The notes under the pieces: generated by a model
Seen by the model: the letters and a program-made list of their open reading frames with translations, nothing else
The model's database searches: none
What the model was told of the DNA's origin: nothing
DNA from: Calditrichia bacterium
GTDB lineage: Bacteria > Calditrichota > Calditrichia > RBG-13-44-9 > J075
Direction: 5' to 3'
NCBI GenBank assembly: GCA_965227145.1
Contig: OZ245730.1
Coordinates: 2,243,661-2,307,660 of the forward strand
Length of the DNA: 64,000 nucleotides
Shown here: positions 39,690 to 49,000 of the stretch, piece after piece
Layout: every line of letters starts with the position of its first letter
How positions within the stretch are numbered: the stretch's first letter is position 1
Position numbers and translations under genes: made by a program

Positions 39690-40481
39690 ATGGATAAGCA
39701 GCAGTTGTTGGTCGTTAAAATTGGCGGAAATGTCATCAATGACGATGGTGAGTTGCATCAATTTTTATCAGACTTTGCGGCAATAAGCCAGCCGCGGATT
39801 TTGGTGCACGGCGGCGGAAAACTCGCCACAGAACTTGCCAATAAATTAGAAATTCCGGTTCAAATGATTGATGGACGCCGCATTACCGACGCGGAAATGC
39901 TCAAAATTGTAACCATGGTTTACGGCGGATTAATCAACAAAAACAGTGTTGCGCAATTGCAGAAATTGGGCTGCAACGCTATTGGACTCACCGGTGCGGA
40001 CGCAAATATTATGCTCGCCAAAAAGCGCAGTGGTTGGGATCGCGATTATGGTTTTGTCGGTGATATCGAACGGATTGACAGCGAGATGCTCGCCACATTG
40101 CTGAACAGCGGTTTAACGCCCGTCCTTGCGCCGCTCACCCACGATGGCAATGGAAATTTGCTCAACACCAATGCCGACACCATAGCTGCTGCGGTTGCGC
40201 AGGCGCTGACCGCTAATTTTCGCGTTTCGCTAATGTATTGTTTTGAGAAAAAAGGTGTGCTGGAAAATCCGGAAAATCCGGAATCCGTTATTTCGTCCAT
40301 TAACCCGTTAACTTACAACGATTTAAAAACAAAAGGAATCATCTCGGCAGGCATGATTCCCAAATTAGATAACGCATTTTCGGCAATTGCTGCCGGTGTT
40401 GAAAAGGTGCATATTTGCCACGCAAAGGATTTTCAGAAAATCGCAGGCGGCGAAAGTTCCGGCACCCTTTTGCTGTCCTGA
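39690..40481 (+). CDS. argB: Acetylglutamate kinase (amino-acid kinase family).
   Basis: VVKIGGNVI, ILVHGGG, GRRITDAEMLKIVTMVYGGLINKNSV and LLNTNADTIAAAVA are collinear with E. coli-type short ArgB. Isopentenyl phosphate kinase was considered and rejected. Confidence 0.8.
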   Translation: MDKQQLLVVKIGGNVINDDGELHQFLSDFAAISQPRILVHGGGKLATELANKLEIPVQMIDGRRITDAEMLKIVTMVYGGLINKNSVAQLQKLGCNAIGLTGADANIMLAKKRSGWDRDYGFVGDIERIDSEMLATLLNSGLTPVLAPLTHDGNGNLLNTNADTIAAAVAQALTANFRVSLMYCFEKKGVLENPENPESVISSINPLTYNDLKTKGIISAGMIPKLDNAFSAIAAGVEKVHICHAKDFQKIAGGESSGTLLLS

Positions 40482-40482
40482 A

Positions 40483-41052
40483 TCAGCGAAACAGCGCTTC
40501 GATATCTGAGCGATGATTGAGCATCATCCGCTCCCATTCCAATTTTATCCACGGTGAATAAATATTGCCATTTTTGGCCAGCTCGCGGGTCAATTCATTG
40601 ATGCTAATCCAGCGGGTTTCGGCAATTTCGTTCGGGTTGAGATGAATTTGATCATCCGAACGCCCGATATACACCGCGCACATCTCCCGTTCCGACCCCA
40701 CATTTTTATATTTCGCATGATATTTGAACGTGAACAGGTGCTTCAAATCGGTGGTGATGCCAAGCTCTTCGGCGAGCCTGCGGCTGGTTGCATTCTCCAA
40801 TTCTTCGCCTTTTCGGGGATGACTGCAGCAACTATTTGCCCAAATAAGCGGCCACAAATGTTTCTGCTGGCTTCTTTTTTGGATTAGCAACTCTTTGTTT
40901 TTATTGAATATAAAGATTGAAAACGCACGATGCAAAACACCTTCCCCACGATGGCAGGCCAGTTTGTCCGCATAGCCGGTGATGGTGTCGTTATCATCTA
41001 CCAAAATCAACATTTCGTCGTCGAATGAAACCTGCTTACTGTTTTCTGTCAT
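40483..41052 (-). CDS. idi: Isopentenyl-diphosphate delta-isomerase, type 1 (Nudix).
   Basis: WANSCCSHPRKGEE aligns with E. coli Idi WTNSVCGHPQLGE (catalytic Cys and Glu region), and a Nudix box ATSRRLAEELGI is present. Size 189 aa. Confidence 0.85.
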   Translation of the reverse strand: MTENSKQVSFDDEMLILVDDNDTITGYADKLACHRGEGVLHRAFSIFIFNKNKELLIQKRSQQKHLWPLIWANSCCSHPRKGEELENATSRRLAEELGITTDLKHLFTFKYHAKYKNVGSEREMCAVYIGRSDDQIHLNPNEIAETRWISINELTRELAKNGNIYSPWIKLEWERMMLNHRSDIEALFR

Positions 41053-41079
41053 TTCAAACCTGTGATTAATTTAGCGTTT

Positions 41080-43338
41080 TCAAACAATTTGGGTAACCAT
41101 CGCCCGATACCCGGCTTTGCGCATACTTGCAGCAATTTTTTCTGCCGATTCCGGATTATCCGGCAGAGCGATCATTGCGCCGCCACCGCCGCCTCCGGTC
41201 AATTTTGCGCCGAGCGCACCGCTTTTCCGGGCAATTTCAATCAACTCCTCCAGCTCCCAACTGGAAACCTGAATTGCGTTCAGTAACCCCTGGTTAATGT
41301 TCATCAATTCACCGAGCGTATCCAGTTCGTTTCGGACGATCGCCTTCATCGCGCGTAGCGCTAAAGCGTTGATTTCTGTGAAGATACGTTCGTACATCAT
41401 TTTGTTCTTTTCCCACGAATGCCGGACGTTCGCCACCATTTTTGCCGTCAAGCTTTCCACGCCGGTGATGCCGATGACCAGCGAAATCGGGTTCTCGACA
41501 GCCAGCGGTTTGATGAGCGGCGGTGTTCCGCGCCGGAAAAGAATAAATTTGCCATAAGTTGCCATCGTGTTATCGATGCCGGATGGCGTGCCATGCACAA
41601 TCTGTTCGGATTTGAACGCAAGTTCGTTCACTTTTTCATCGGTGAGATCAAGTTTGTAGTGCTCCGAAAGCGCCCGGACAATCGCCACGGCTAACGCAGC
41701 CGATCCACCCAAACCCATTGCCCGCGGAATGTGCGGGAAAATTTCGATGCGCATGCTTCGGTCATTCAGATCGAGCGTTTTTAAAATCACATCCAGCGAT
41801 TGGTAAATGGAATGCTCGCGTTTGCGGTCTTTCGTGAGCCGTTCCTCCACGCCCCATCGCGGAATAATCAGGTGCACGCCTTCCTTTGCGTCGATCACTT
41901 TGGATTGAATGGCAATTGGAATAGGCGCCGCAATAACGTGGCTTCCGTAAACCGCTGCATGCTCGCCAAACAGAATAACCTTGCCGTAACCGGCGGGCAA
42001 ATCCACCCGGATTTCTGTTTCTTTTTGTCGGGAAACCGGAACAGAGGTTCTGTCGCGCAATTCTTTCACAATTTCCTCGGCTTTCCACACTTTTATTTCA
42101 CCGGTCTCGATGAGCCGGTCAACGACTTCGTCGAACAAATCGGGCGGCGCATCCGCTGCCATCGCAACGGTGCGGGCGTGCAAGGTCATGTGCCCCTGCT
42201 GAATCCCTTCCGTTGAGAGGGCTTTGATCGCTGAAAAATTTTGTGCCAATCCGACCGCGCCCATCACTTCCATCAATTCGCGGGCGCTTTCGACATTCAA
42301 AATGCGCAGCAATGGCGCGACCGATGGGTTCGACTGCACCGGACCACCGACAATCCCCACTTTCAGCGGTAATTTGATGCGTCCGACGAGATCGCCATCA
42401 TCATTTTTAGACCATTTGGTAAGCGATGAGTAATGATTGCCGCGCGCCGCATAGGCATGCACAGACGATTCAATGGCTCGCCAATCGTTGCCGGTGGCAA
42501 TTGCAACCGGATCGATGCCGTTCAAAATACCTTTATTATGCGTGGTTGCGCGATACGGATCAACGAGCGCAAATTCATTCGCCAAAATAATCCCGTCGCG
42601 AACCTGTTCGCCGTTGAATCCCTTTTTGGTTTCGAGAAATTTTGTGGGAATCACACATTCCGCCGTAACCAGCGAACGATCGGCGAGATTGGACAAAATG
42701 CGCAAAAACACTTTGCCGCCGGTGATTTTTTCCACCAGACCGGCAATGCCTTCGCACATTGTGTTGACGAGGTTGGCGCCCATCGCATCACGCGTATCAA
42801 CCAGCAGGTGAACCACAAGCATGTCCCCGCGATACGATGAATTTGGGTGGATAAACACTTCCACATCTTTTGCGCCGCCGCCACGGGCAACCATATTCGG
42901 ATGAAAACTGTTGGCGAGGTTTAAAATTTCTTCTTTATTCTGCAATATTGCTTTTTGGGCGTGCGAAGGATGTTCAATATCCATCACCTGCACCTGCCCG
43001 ATGAGAATGGGCTCGGTGCTTTTTGCCGCAAATCCGCCGTTTTGCCGGACAATTTTCGCAGCCGAACTGACCGCCGCAACAATGGATGGTTCCTCAACGA
43101 CCATCGGCACGATGTAGTCTTTCCCGTTGATCAAAAAATTGAGTCCCAATCCAATGGGCAAACTGAACACGCCGATGACATTTTCGATCATTTTATCAGC
43201 GGCTTCATTATCCAGCACATTTGCCCCGCTGGATAATAATTTGAAGGTATCGGCTGTGATAATTTCGCGTTCTTTCAGAACTTCCAGCCGTTCCTGAACG
43301 GACAATTTGTAAAAACCCGGAATGCGGGAGCGATCCAT
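41080..43338 (-). CDS. Bifunctional fusion of class II HMG-CoA reductase (N-terminal ~430 aa) and mevalonate kinase (C-terminal ~310 aa).
   Basis: The N-terminal half is collinear with Pseudomonas mevalonii HMGR (ENVIG, VEEPSIVAA, DAMGAN, ATGNDWRA, GLAQN). The C-terminal half is a GHMP kinase with the MVK motifs GKVILFGEHAAVYG and PRAMGLGGSAALAVA plus KLTGGGGGG. It is one uninterrupted frame of 752 aa. Confidence 0.8.
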   Translation of the reverse strand: MDRSRIPGFYKLSVQERLEVLKEREIITADTFKLLSSGANVLDNEAADKMIENVIGVFSLPIGLGLNFLINGKDYIVPMVVEEPSIVAAVSSAAKIVRQNGGFAAKSTEPILIGQVQVMDIEHPSHAQKAILQNKEEILNLANSFHPNMVARGGGAKDVEVFIHPNSSYRGDMLVVHLLVDTRDAMGANLVNTMCEGIAGLVEKITGGKVFLRILSNLADRSLVTAECVIPTKFLETKKGFNGEQVRDGIILANEFALVDPYRATTHNKGILNGIDPVAIATGNDWRAIESSVHAYAARGNHYSSLTKWSKNDDGDLVGRIKLPLKVGIVGGPVQSNPSVAPLLRILNVESARELMEVMGAVGLAQNFSAIKALSTEGIQQGHMTLHARTVAMAADAPPDLFDEVVDRLIETGEIKVWKAEEIVKELRDRTSVPVSRQKETEIRVDLPAGYGKVILFGEHAAVYGSHVIAAPIPIAIQSKVIDAKEGVHLIIPRWGVEERLTKDRKREHSIYQSLDVILKTLDLNDRSMRIEIFPHIPRAMGLGGSAALAVAIVRALSEHYKLDLTDEKVNELAFKSEQIVHGTPSGIDNTMATYGKFILFRRGTPPLIKPLAVENPISLVIGITGVESLTAKMVANVRHSWEKNKMMYERIFTEINALALRAMKAIVRNELDTLGELMNINQGLLNAIQVSSWELEELIEIARKSGALGAKLTGGGGGGAMIALPDNPESAEKIAASMRKAGYRAMVTQIV

Positions 43339-43412
43339 TATGCTGCCTCAAGGTTTCGTTAAACCATACGAATAAACAATAAAAATGCTATCCTGCAACA
43401 AAAATAAAAATT

Positions 43413-44477
43413 TTAATCCGATGAAATATGGACACCGCGATGGGCAATGGCCGCATCAATTGGCGAATACCCGGCTTTCGCAAGTGCCTCGGCTGCGGCT
43501 TCGATAATTTCCGGGGAAGTGGCGAATGCGATACCCAAATCGCCGCCACCGGCGCCGGATGGCTTGTAAACCGCACCCGCTGTTTTTGCGATTTCCCGGA
43601 TTGCGGCATGTTCCGGTGTTATAATCGGTGCGATGCTGCGTTCGCCAAGTTCTGTCATTCGCTGAAAATATTCATCAACGCAATCGAGAAATTTATCGAT
43701 TTCAGCATTGGCGATGGCATGCGCGCCTTCGAAAGAAATATCACTCATTGCCGTAAGAATTTTGGAAAAACCGGCGGCATCGCGTTGCCGGAACGCGTTT
43801 ACCCGGCTCACCAGCTCGCGGGTGGAAGCCGGATTACCCGACCAAACCACCAGCATAAACAGATTCTCCGGCAGATCAAGCGGCTCGATCATCGCGTTGA
43901 GCGGATCACCCGGCGCAATTTGATATTGCAACACACCGCCGATTGCGGATGCCGCAATATCCACACCGCTGCCCATTTTGCCCTGCGCCCGGTAATGCGC
44001 CCGAACCGCCTGCTGAAACAATCTGTATTTATCCGCAAACGGTTGATTGGCAAATTCAAAAATGCCGTTTAATAGCGCGATGCTCAGCGCCGCACTGGAG
44101 CCAAGCCCCAATTTTTGTCCGGAATTTTCGAAATAAAACTGGTCTGTTTCCAATAAAAATGAGGATGGCGGCAGCTCAATCGGCGATTCCTGCAAAGCGG
44201 ATTCAATGGCGGCGGAGAAAAAAACGAGCAGGCGACGGGTTGCGTCATCTGTTTCCGGGAATGTCATTTTGCCGCCTTCCAGCAATTCAAACGGCTGTTG
44301 CGAAATGCCCAATCCCGGCGATTCCACCGAATAGTTGCTGTTTTTATTTGCGGAAATATGCACATTCGCGTTTCGATTAATTGCCGCAACAACCGCAGGC
44401 GCGCCTTCCAAAACGGCATATTCGCCCAATAAAATCAGTTTTCCCGGTGCGCTGGATGTTAATTTGTGGGTGCTCAT
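43413..44477 (-). CDS. Phosphomevalonate kinase (ERG8-type GHMP kinase).
   Basis: SAPGKLILLGEYAVLEG matches the streptococcal PMK N-terminal motif. GHMP motif KLGLGSSAA. The start is taken at ATG MSTHKL; the longer TTG-initiated ORF would overlap the upstream gene. Confidence 0.7.
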   Translation of the reverse strand: MSTHKLTSSAPGKLILLGEYAVLEGAPAVVAAINRNANVHISANKNSNYSVESPGLGISQQPFELLEGGKMTFPETDDATRRLLVFFSAAIESALQESPIELPPSSFLLETDQFYFENSGQKLGLGSSAALSIALLNGIFEFANQPFADKYRLFQQAVRAHYRAQGKMGSGVDIAASAIGGVLQYQIAPGDPLNAMIEPLDLPENLFMLVVWSGNPASTRELVSRVNAFRQRDAAGFSKILTAMSDISFEGAHAIANAEIDKFLDCVDEYFQRMTELGERSIAPIITPEHAAIREIAKTAGAVYKPSGAGGGDLGIAFATSPEIIEAAAEALAKAGYSPIDAAIAHRGVHISSD

Positions 44478-44484
44478 TTCAATA

Positions 44485-45873
44485 TCAAATTTCGATGACG
44501 GATTGGCGGTAACGATCGAGCAACGATTCAATTGCAGCGTCGTTTTGTTTGATAAATTTCACGGTTTTTGGCGCGGATTTTTCGCGTTTGGCAAATTCCA
44601 GCGGCTCAAACGCGTCGGTGAACAGGATGCGTTTTAAAATAGATGGCGGTTTGCTGAGATCGAGCGTTTTTGTGGCGTTGTAAAACGCCAGATTCACATC
44701 CAGCGGTCGCCCGTTCTGCAATTGCTCCAGCGATTGAATCGGGCAAAATGAGGAAAACAGCAGCACCGTGGAGCCTTTGTGCAATTCGTAATAGCGATCT
44801 TTCATAAATTGCTCAATCGACAAACCGGATTGCCATTTTGCCGCGCTCACCGAATACAGCATTTGCTGATACTCGTCCAGTTGATAATGCTGTTCGATCG
44901 ATTGATCGACAAAAAATCGCACGCTGAAACCCTGCTCAATAATTGCGTCAATCACCTGCCGGACTTTCTCTTTGTAAATATCCAGTAATAAATCTTTCAG
45001 CGGCAGCGGTTGCCCGCCGGTTGGCGATGCATCGTAAAAACTCGCCAAAACGTTGATATGCGAAACATACGGGAATGTTCGATCGTGAATCCGCACGGTG
45101 AGTTCCCGGCTGCGGGCATAATTTTTCCAGATGATCCGGCGAATATCATCGCCCGGTGCATACTTTTTGTAGTCGAGCAATTCGCCTTTGGCGGTGCGGT
45201 GTTGAATCACTTTTTTGACCGGATCTTCGGAACTTTTGGTGTTGATCAGCACGCCGTTGTTGAGTGTTTTTGGCGGCTCTGTGAACACGCCCAGATGTTC
45301 AGATTCGCGATAGGGAAGGGCAAACAGGTGGAAAAAATCTTCGAAATGTATGATTGCGCTGCGAAACCGGTAATCGCGAACGTGCGGTAACAGCATCTGT
45401 TTGCGACCCAAAATGCCCATTCTTTTGCCGTTTTCGCGGAGTACTTCGTTGACCAAAATTTCGTCGCTGGCCACGTTATCTTCAAAAAAAACAGTCACTT
45501 TCAGAAATCCGAGAAACGGGCGACGGATGCCGTAAATACGCGCTTCGGTATCGACCAGTCCCGGCGTCGGGCTGGTTTGCCGGAACCCCAATTTGATGAT
45601 ATCCTGTTTTTCATCGTCGTCCGTTTCCAAAATACGCTTTTTGAAAATCAGCGATAAATAGGGCAGAATTGTGGTGATCAACCCGAATGCCAAAACCGAT
45701 GTGCAGGCAAACAGCGCCAATATGCTCAACACAATTTGCACCCGCGCCTGATCACCCGGCAAGCTGGAAAATTCGTGATACCAATAATATGAAAATCCGG
45801 CAATGACCAGCAGCAGGACTGCATTTCGCCGGAGAATAAAAAAATTTGAAATATATGCTAATTTTGTTTTCAA
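44485..45873 (-). CDS. DUF58 domain-containing membrane protein.
   Basis: Two N-terminal TM helices, then LLDYKKYAPGDDIRRIIWKNYARSRELTVR, matching the DUF58 signature (YxPGDDxRxIDWK). Confidence 0.6.
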   Translation of the reverse strand: MKTKLAYISNFFILRRNAVLLLVIAGFSYYWYHEFSSLPGDQARVQIVLSILALFACTSVLAFGLITTILPYLSLIFKKRILETDDDEKQDIIKLGFRQTSPTPGLVDTEARIYGIRRPFLGFLKVTVFFEDNVASDEILVNEVLRENGKRMGILGRKQMLLPHVRDYRFRSAIIHFEDFFHLFALPYRESEHLGVFTEPPKTLNNGVLINTKSSEDPVKKVIQHRTAKGELLDYKKYAPGDDIRRIIWKNYARSRELTVRIHDRTFPYVSHINVLASFYDASPTGGQPLPLKDLLLDIYKEKVRQVIDAIIEQGFSVRFFVDQSIEQHYQLDEYQQMLYSVSAAKWQSGLSIEQFMKDRYYELHKGSTVLLFSSFCPIQSLEQLQNGRPLDVNLAFYNATKTLDLSKPPSILKRILFTDAFEPLEFAKREKSAPKTVKFIKQNDAAIESLLDRYRQSVIEI

Positions 45874-46076
45874 TCGTTTGTCGGTCTCATTTAATAATTG
45901 ATTTTTATACGAAAGTAAACGTCGTTAATTTCATGCGGTTTCCAAAAATATGTCTAAAATTTTACGAAAATCTATCATTAATATGTGATTATTGCAAGTT
46001 ATTCGTAAATGTATCTCCATCGCCGATGCACGGTTTTTTGATTTTATTTCAATCGCCAGACACAAAAAGCAACCGT

Positions 46077-49000
46077 ATGATCGAAACGATTAATGACGCT
46101 TTCAGAATACCCTTCCCCAAATTTTTGCGATGGCATTTTTTTGTTACACTGATGTTGGTGCAGCCGGTTTTGGTCGCATCGCCGGACAGCAGCGCGGTTG
46201 TACCACAAATCACTAAAAATATCAAAAAAATCCCCGAATCGGTGTTAAAAGGCATCGTTGCGGCGGGCTACCGCAGGGAAAATTTGCTGGAGCAATTGCC
46301 GCTTACCGCGTTGGAATTACCCCAAATTTATCTGCCGGAAAATGTCGCGCATCCCCGTTTGATCAGCGAAAACCAATTATTTCGGGCACGACAAAACCTG
46401 ATTCGCTCACCGTTTTCCAACTGGTTTTGGTTGTTGAAAATGCAGACTGAACCGTATTTGCAGGATTTTTTTCGACCGGAGCCGTTTTTGCTCCGGCAGG
46501 CGGAAGACATGAAATCGCTGGCATTTTTATACCGGATCACCGGTGAAAAACACTATCTCTCCGCGCTGGAAAGGCTGTTGGCTGCGCTGCCGGAACCACC
46601 GGAAATCGTTAATTTTGAGGGTGGAAAAAATTCCGTCGGTTGGGGCGATTATCTGGAAAGCGCGCAGTCGGCGATTCCGGTTGCTGTGGCGCTCGATCTG
46701 GTTTACGACGATTTATCTGATGAAATAAGGACTGATGCGCTCGGAAAACTTGCGCAAATCAGCCGTCAATTGATGGATGCCGTGTTGCTCGCCGGTAACA
46801 ATAACCACACAACGGTGATGGCAATTGCCATTCTCACCATTGCAATTGTGCTGGATCACCCGGAAAATTTTATTCGAAACGACCGCCAGTCGATGTGGCA
46901 AACCGGACTCAAATTTTTATCGCGATCGCTGGGAATCATCGCGCCGGATGGCGGCTATGCCGAGGGCGTTTATTACGGCAATTTTATTTGCAGCCATCTC
47001 GCCGCGTTTTCTGTGTATTTCGAAAATGTCACCGGTATCGAGCTGTTTCGGCACCCGTATTTGGAACGACTGGTCAATTGGCTGTTGGCAAATAACAAAG
47101 GCAGCGGTCAATATTCAGCGTTCGATGACGCCTATCAAACGCGATTTTTTTATCTGCCGCTGACCATCCCGCAAAGCAGGTTGGCGGGGCAGTGGCGGGC
47201 GCATTTTTTGGCGGAGCCACCGCTGGTTTCCGCCGAAAGAAACGTGGTTGAAGCGTTAGCGATTTACGACGGAAGTGACCAGGTTTTACCAGAATATGGT
47301 TCGCCGAATCGGTTTTTTGTTGAATCCGGCGAGGTGATTTTCCGGGATCGCGCGGTTCAACCCCAATTTTTTGCGGCGTTTTTATCCGAGCGCGAACAGT
47401 GGTTTGCCAGCCGGCATGAGCATATTGACCCGATGAGCGTTGAAATCAGCGCATTCGGCGAAGATTTTATTGTGGATGCGGGGTACGGTAACGCAACTTC
47501 CGATCCCAATCGGCCGTGGTTTTTGTCCGGGAAATCCGGCAACGGCATTTTGGTTGATGGGATGGGAACGTATGAAAACCCGATTTTTGGGGATCCGATT
47601 GCCAGTAAAATCGAACACGCTTTTCAGACAGAAACTGTTGCGGGAGCGAAGTTTTCACACAGCATCGGCGATGTGCAGTTGATGCGCAGCGCCCTTTTCT
47701 CCGGCAATAATATGTTGCTGATGATCGATGAATTTGATGCGCAGCAGCCGCACGATATCCGGCTCAATTTCAATCATCCCGGAAAGCTGCGGCAGCTTCA
47801 CCCGAATGTGCTGGAAATTGTCCAGCCGACGGCGCGATTGAAATTGCTGACGCTGACGTCCGAAAGCGAATCGCCGCAAATTGTGCAGGATTTTGGATTG
47901 TTCACTCCAAAAAGTAAGGGCGTTCCGGTTAACAATTTGCAAATTGGACAGCGCGATGTCCGCAACGGACTTTTTTTAACGGTGATGCTTCCGGAATCCG
48001 GGCAAACGGGTGAAATTCAACTATCGCCGCTGGCGATAAAAAACGGCGTTCGCGGATACCGCATCGCCAACGCAGCGGATGAAACCATCACCGAAGTTGC
48101 CGTTGGCAACGGGAAAATTCTGGAAAGTTCGCAGTGGAAAACCGATGCCCGCGTCGTTTGGGTGCAAATGGCTGCGGACGGGCAGATTTCCGGGTTGCTG
48201 ATCAACTCCGGCACTTTTTTTTCAACGGATGAATTTGAGCTCACATTTGAAATTCCGGTTACGTTGGTGTTAAGCCGCACCGCTTTTGGCTGGCAGGGAT
48301 TTTTGGATGCGCCGCCGGTAAATTTCGAAATGGAAATCAGCGGTATTTTTCCGGGAGCATTCCAATTTCAGCGCCGGGAAGTTGTACCGTTTTTGAGCGA
48401 TGGCGGCACCACAAAACTGTTGTTGAACGGCAGCGGTCCGCTGGAAATCGGGGCAAATTTTCATCCCGTTGAATTGCCGGAACCGTTCCGTCGATCGCCC
48501 GATTTGCTGGGCTGGCTGGCGCGACAGCCCAATTCCGGTGAGGTATATCGCCACTGGCCGGATTATTATCAGATCACCCACCAAAATCAATTGATGCAAG
48601 AATTTCGCAGCGGTGTTGCAACGGCAATTCACCGGTTCAGCGATCAGCAGTTTGGCGATCCGTATGCTATTGATTATACTGCATTTGCGATCTTCGGAAT
48701 TATGCAGCAAAGTTACAATCGCAATTCGCCATCTGCATTTTTTGTGAAAATTCCGCACCGTTATCAATTCGCCGGTGATGCCGGAGATTATCGCTGGAAA
48801 ATTGTCGAAAACGGCAGATTTTCCCTCGACGATCTGGAAATTCATCACTTTCACGCAGATGTTGCGGATGCCGCCGGCAACCGGTTCACCTATCGGCGAG
48901 CCGCAGAATTTGCCGGACATTCCAGCAATTTCGTTAACCTGGAATTGTCTGATCGGTATGAATTTGGATACATGAATGCCGGGCTGGCAGGGCAGGAAAA

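Noticed and set aside
39690-40481. Possibility that the amino-acid-kinase-family gene next to idi is an isopentenyl phosphate kinase (alternative MVA pathway).
   Set aside because: The sequence is collinear with E. coli-type ArgB (KIGG, HGGG, GxRITD...NK, NTNAD) and not with archaeal IPK. Its adjacency to the MVA genes is convergent and probably incidental.
43413-44531. Longer 372-aa phosphomevalonate kinase ORF starting at TTG 44531.
   Set aside because: It would overlap the upstream DUF58 gene end. The ATG at 44477 gives the conserved N-terminus (…APGKLILLGEYAVLE) 20 residues in, as in other PMKs.
45846-46076. Extended N-terminus of the large lyase-like ORF starting at 45846.
   Set aside because: It would overlap the divergent DUF58 gene by 28 nt and run through an AT-rich promoter-like region. 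An internal Met at 46077 precedes a signal-peptide-like segment.
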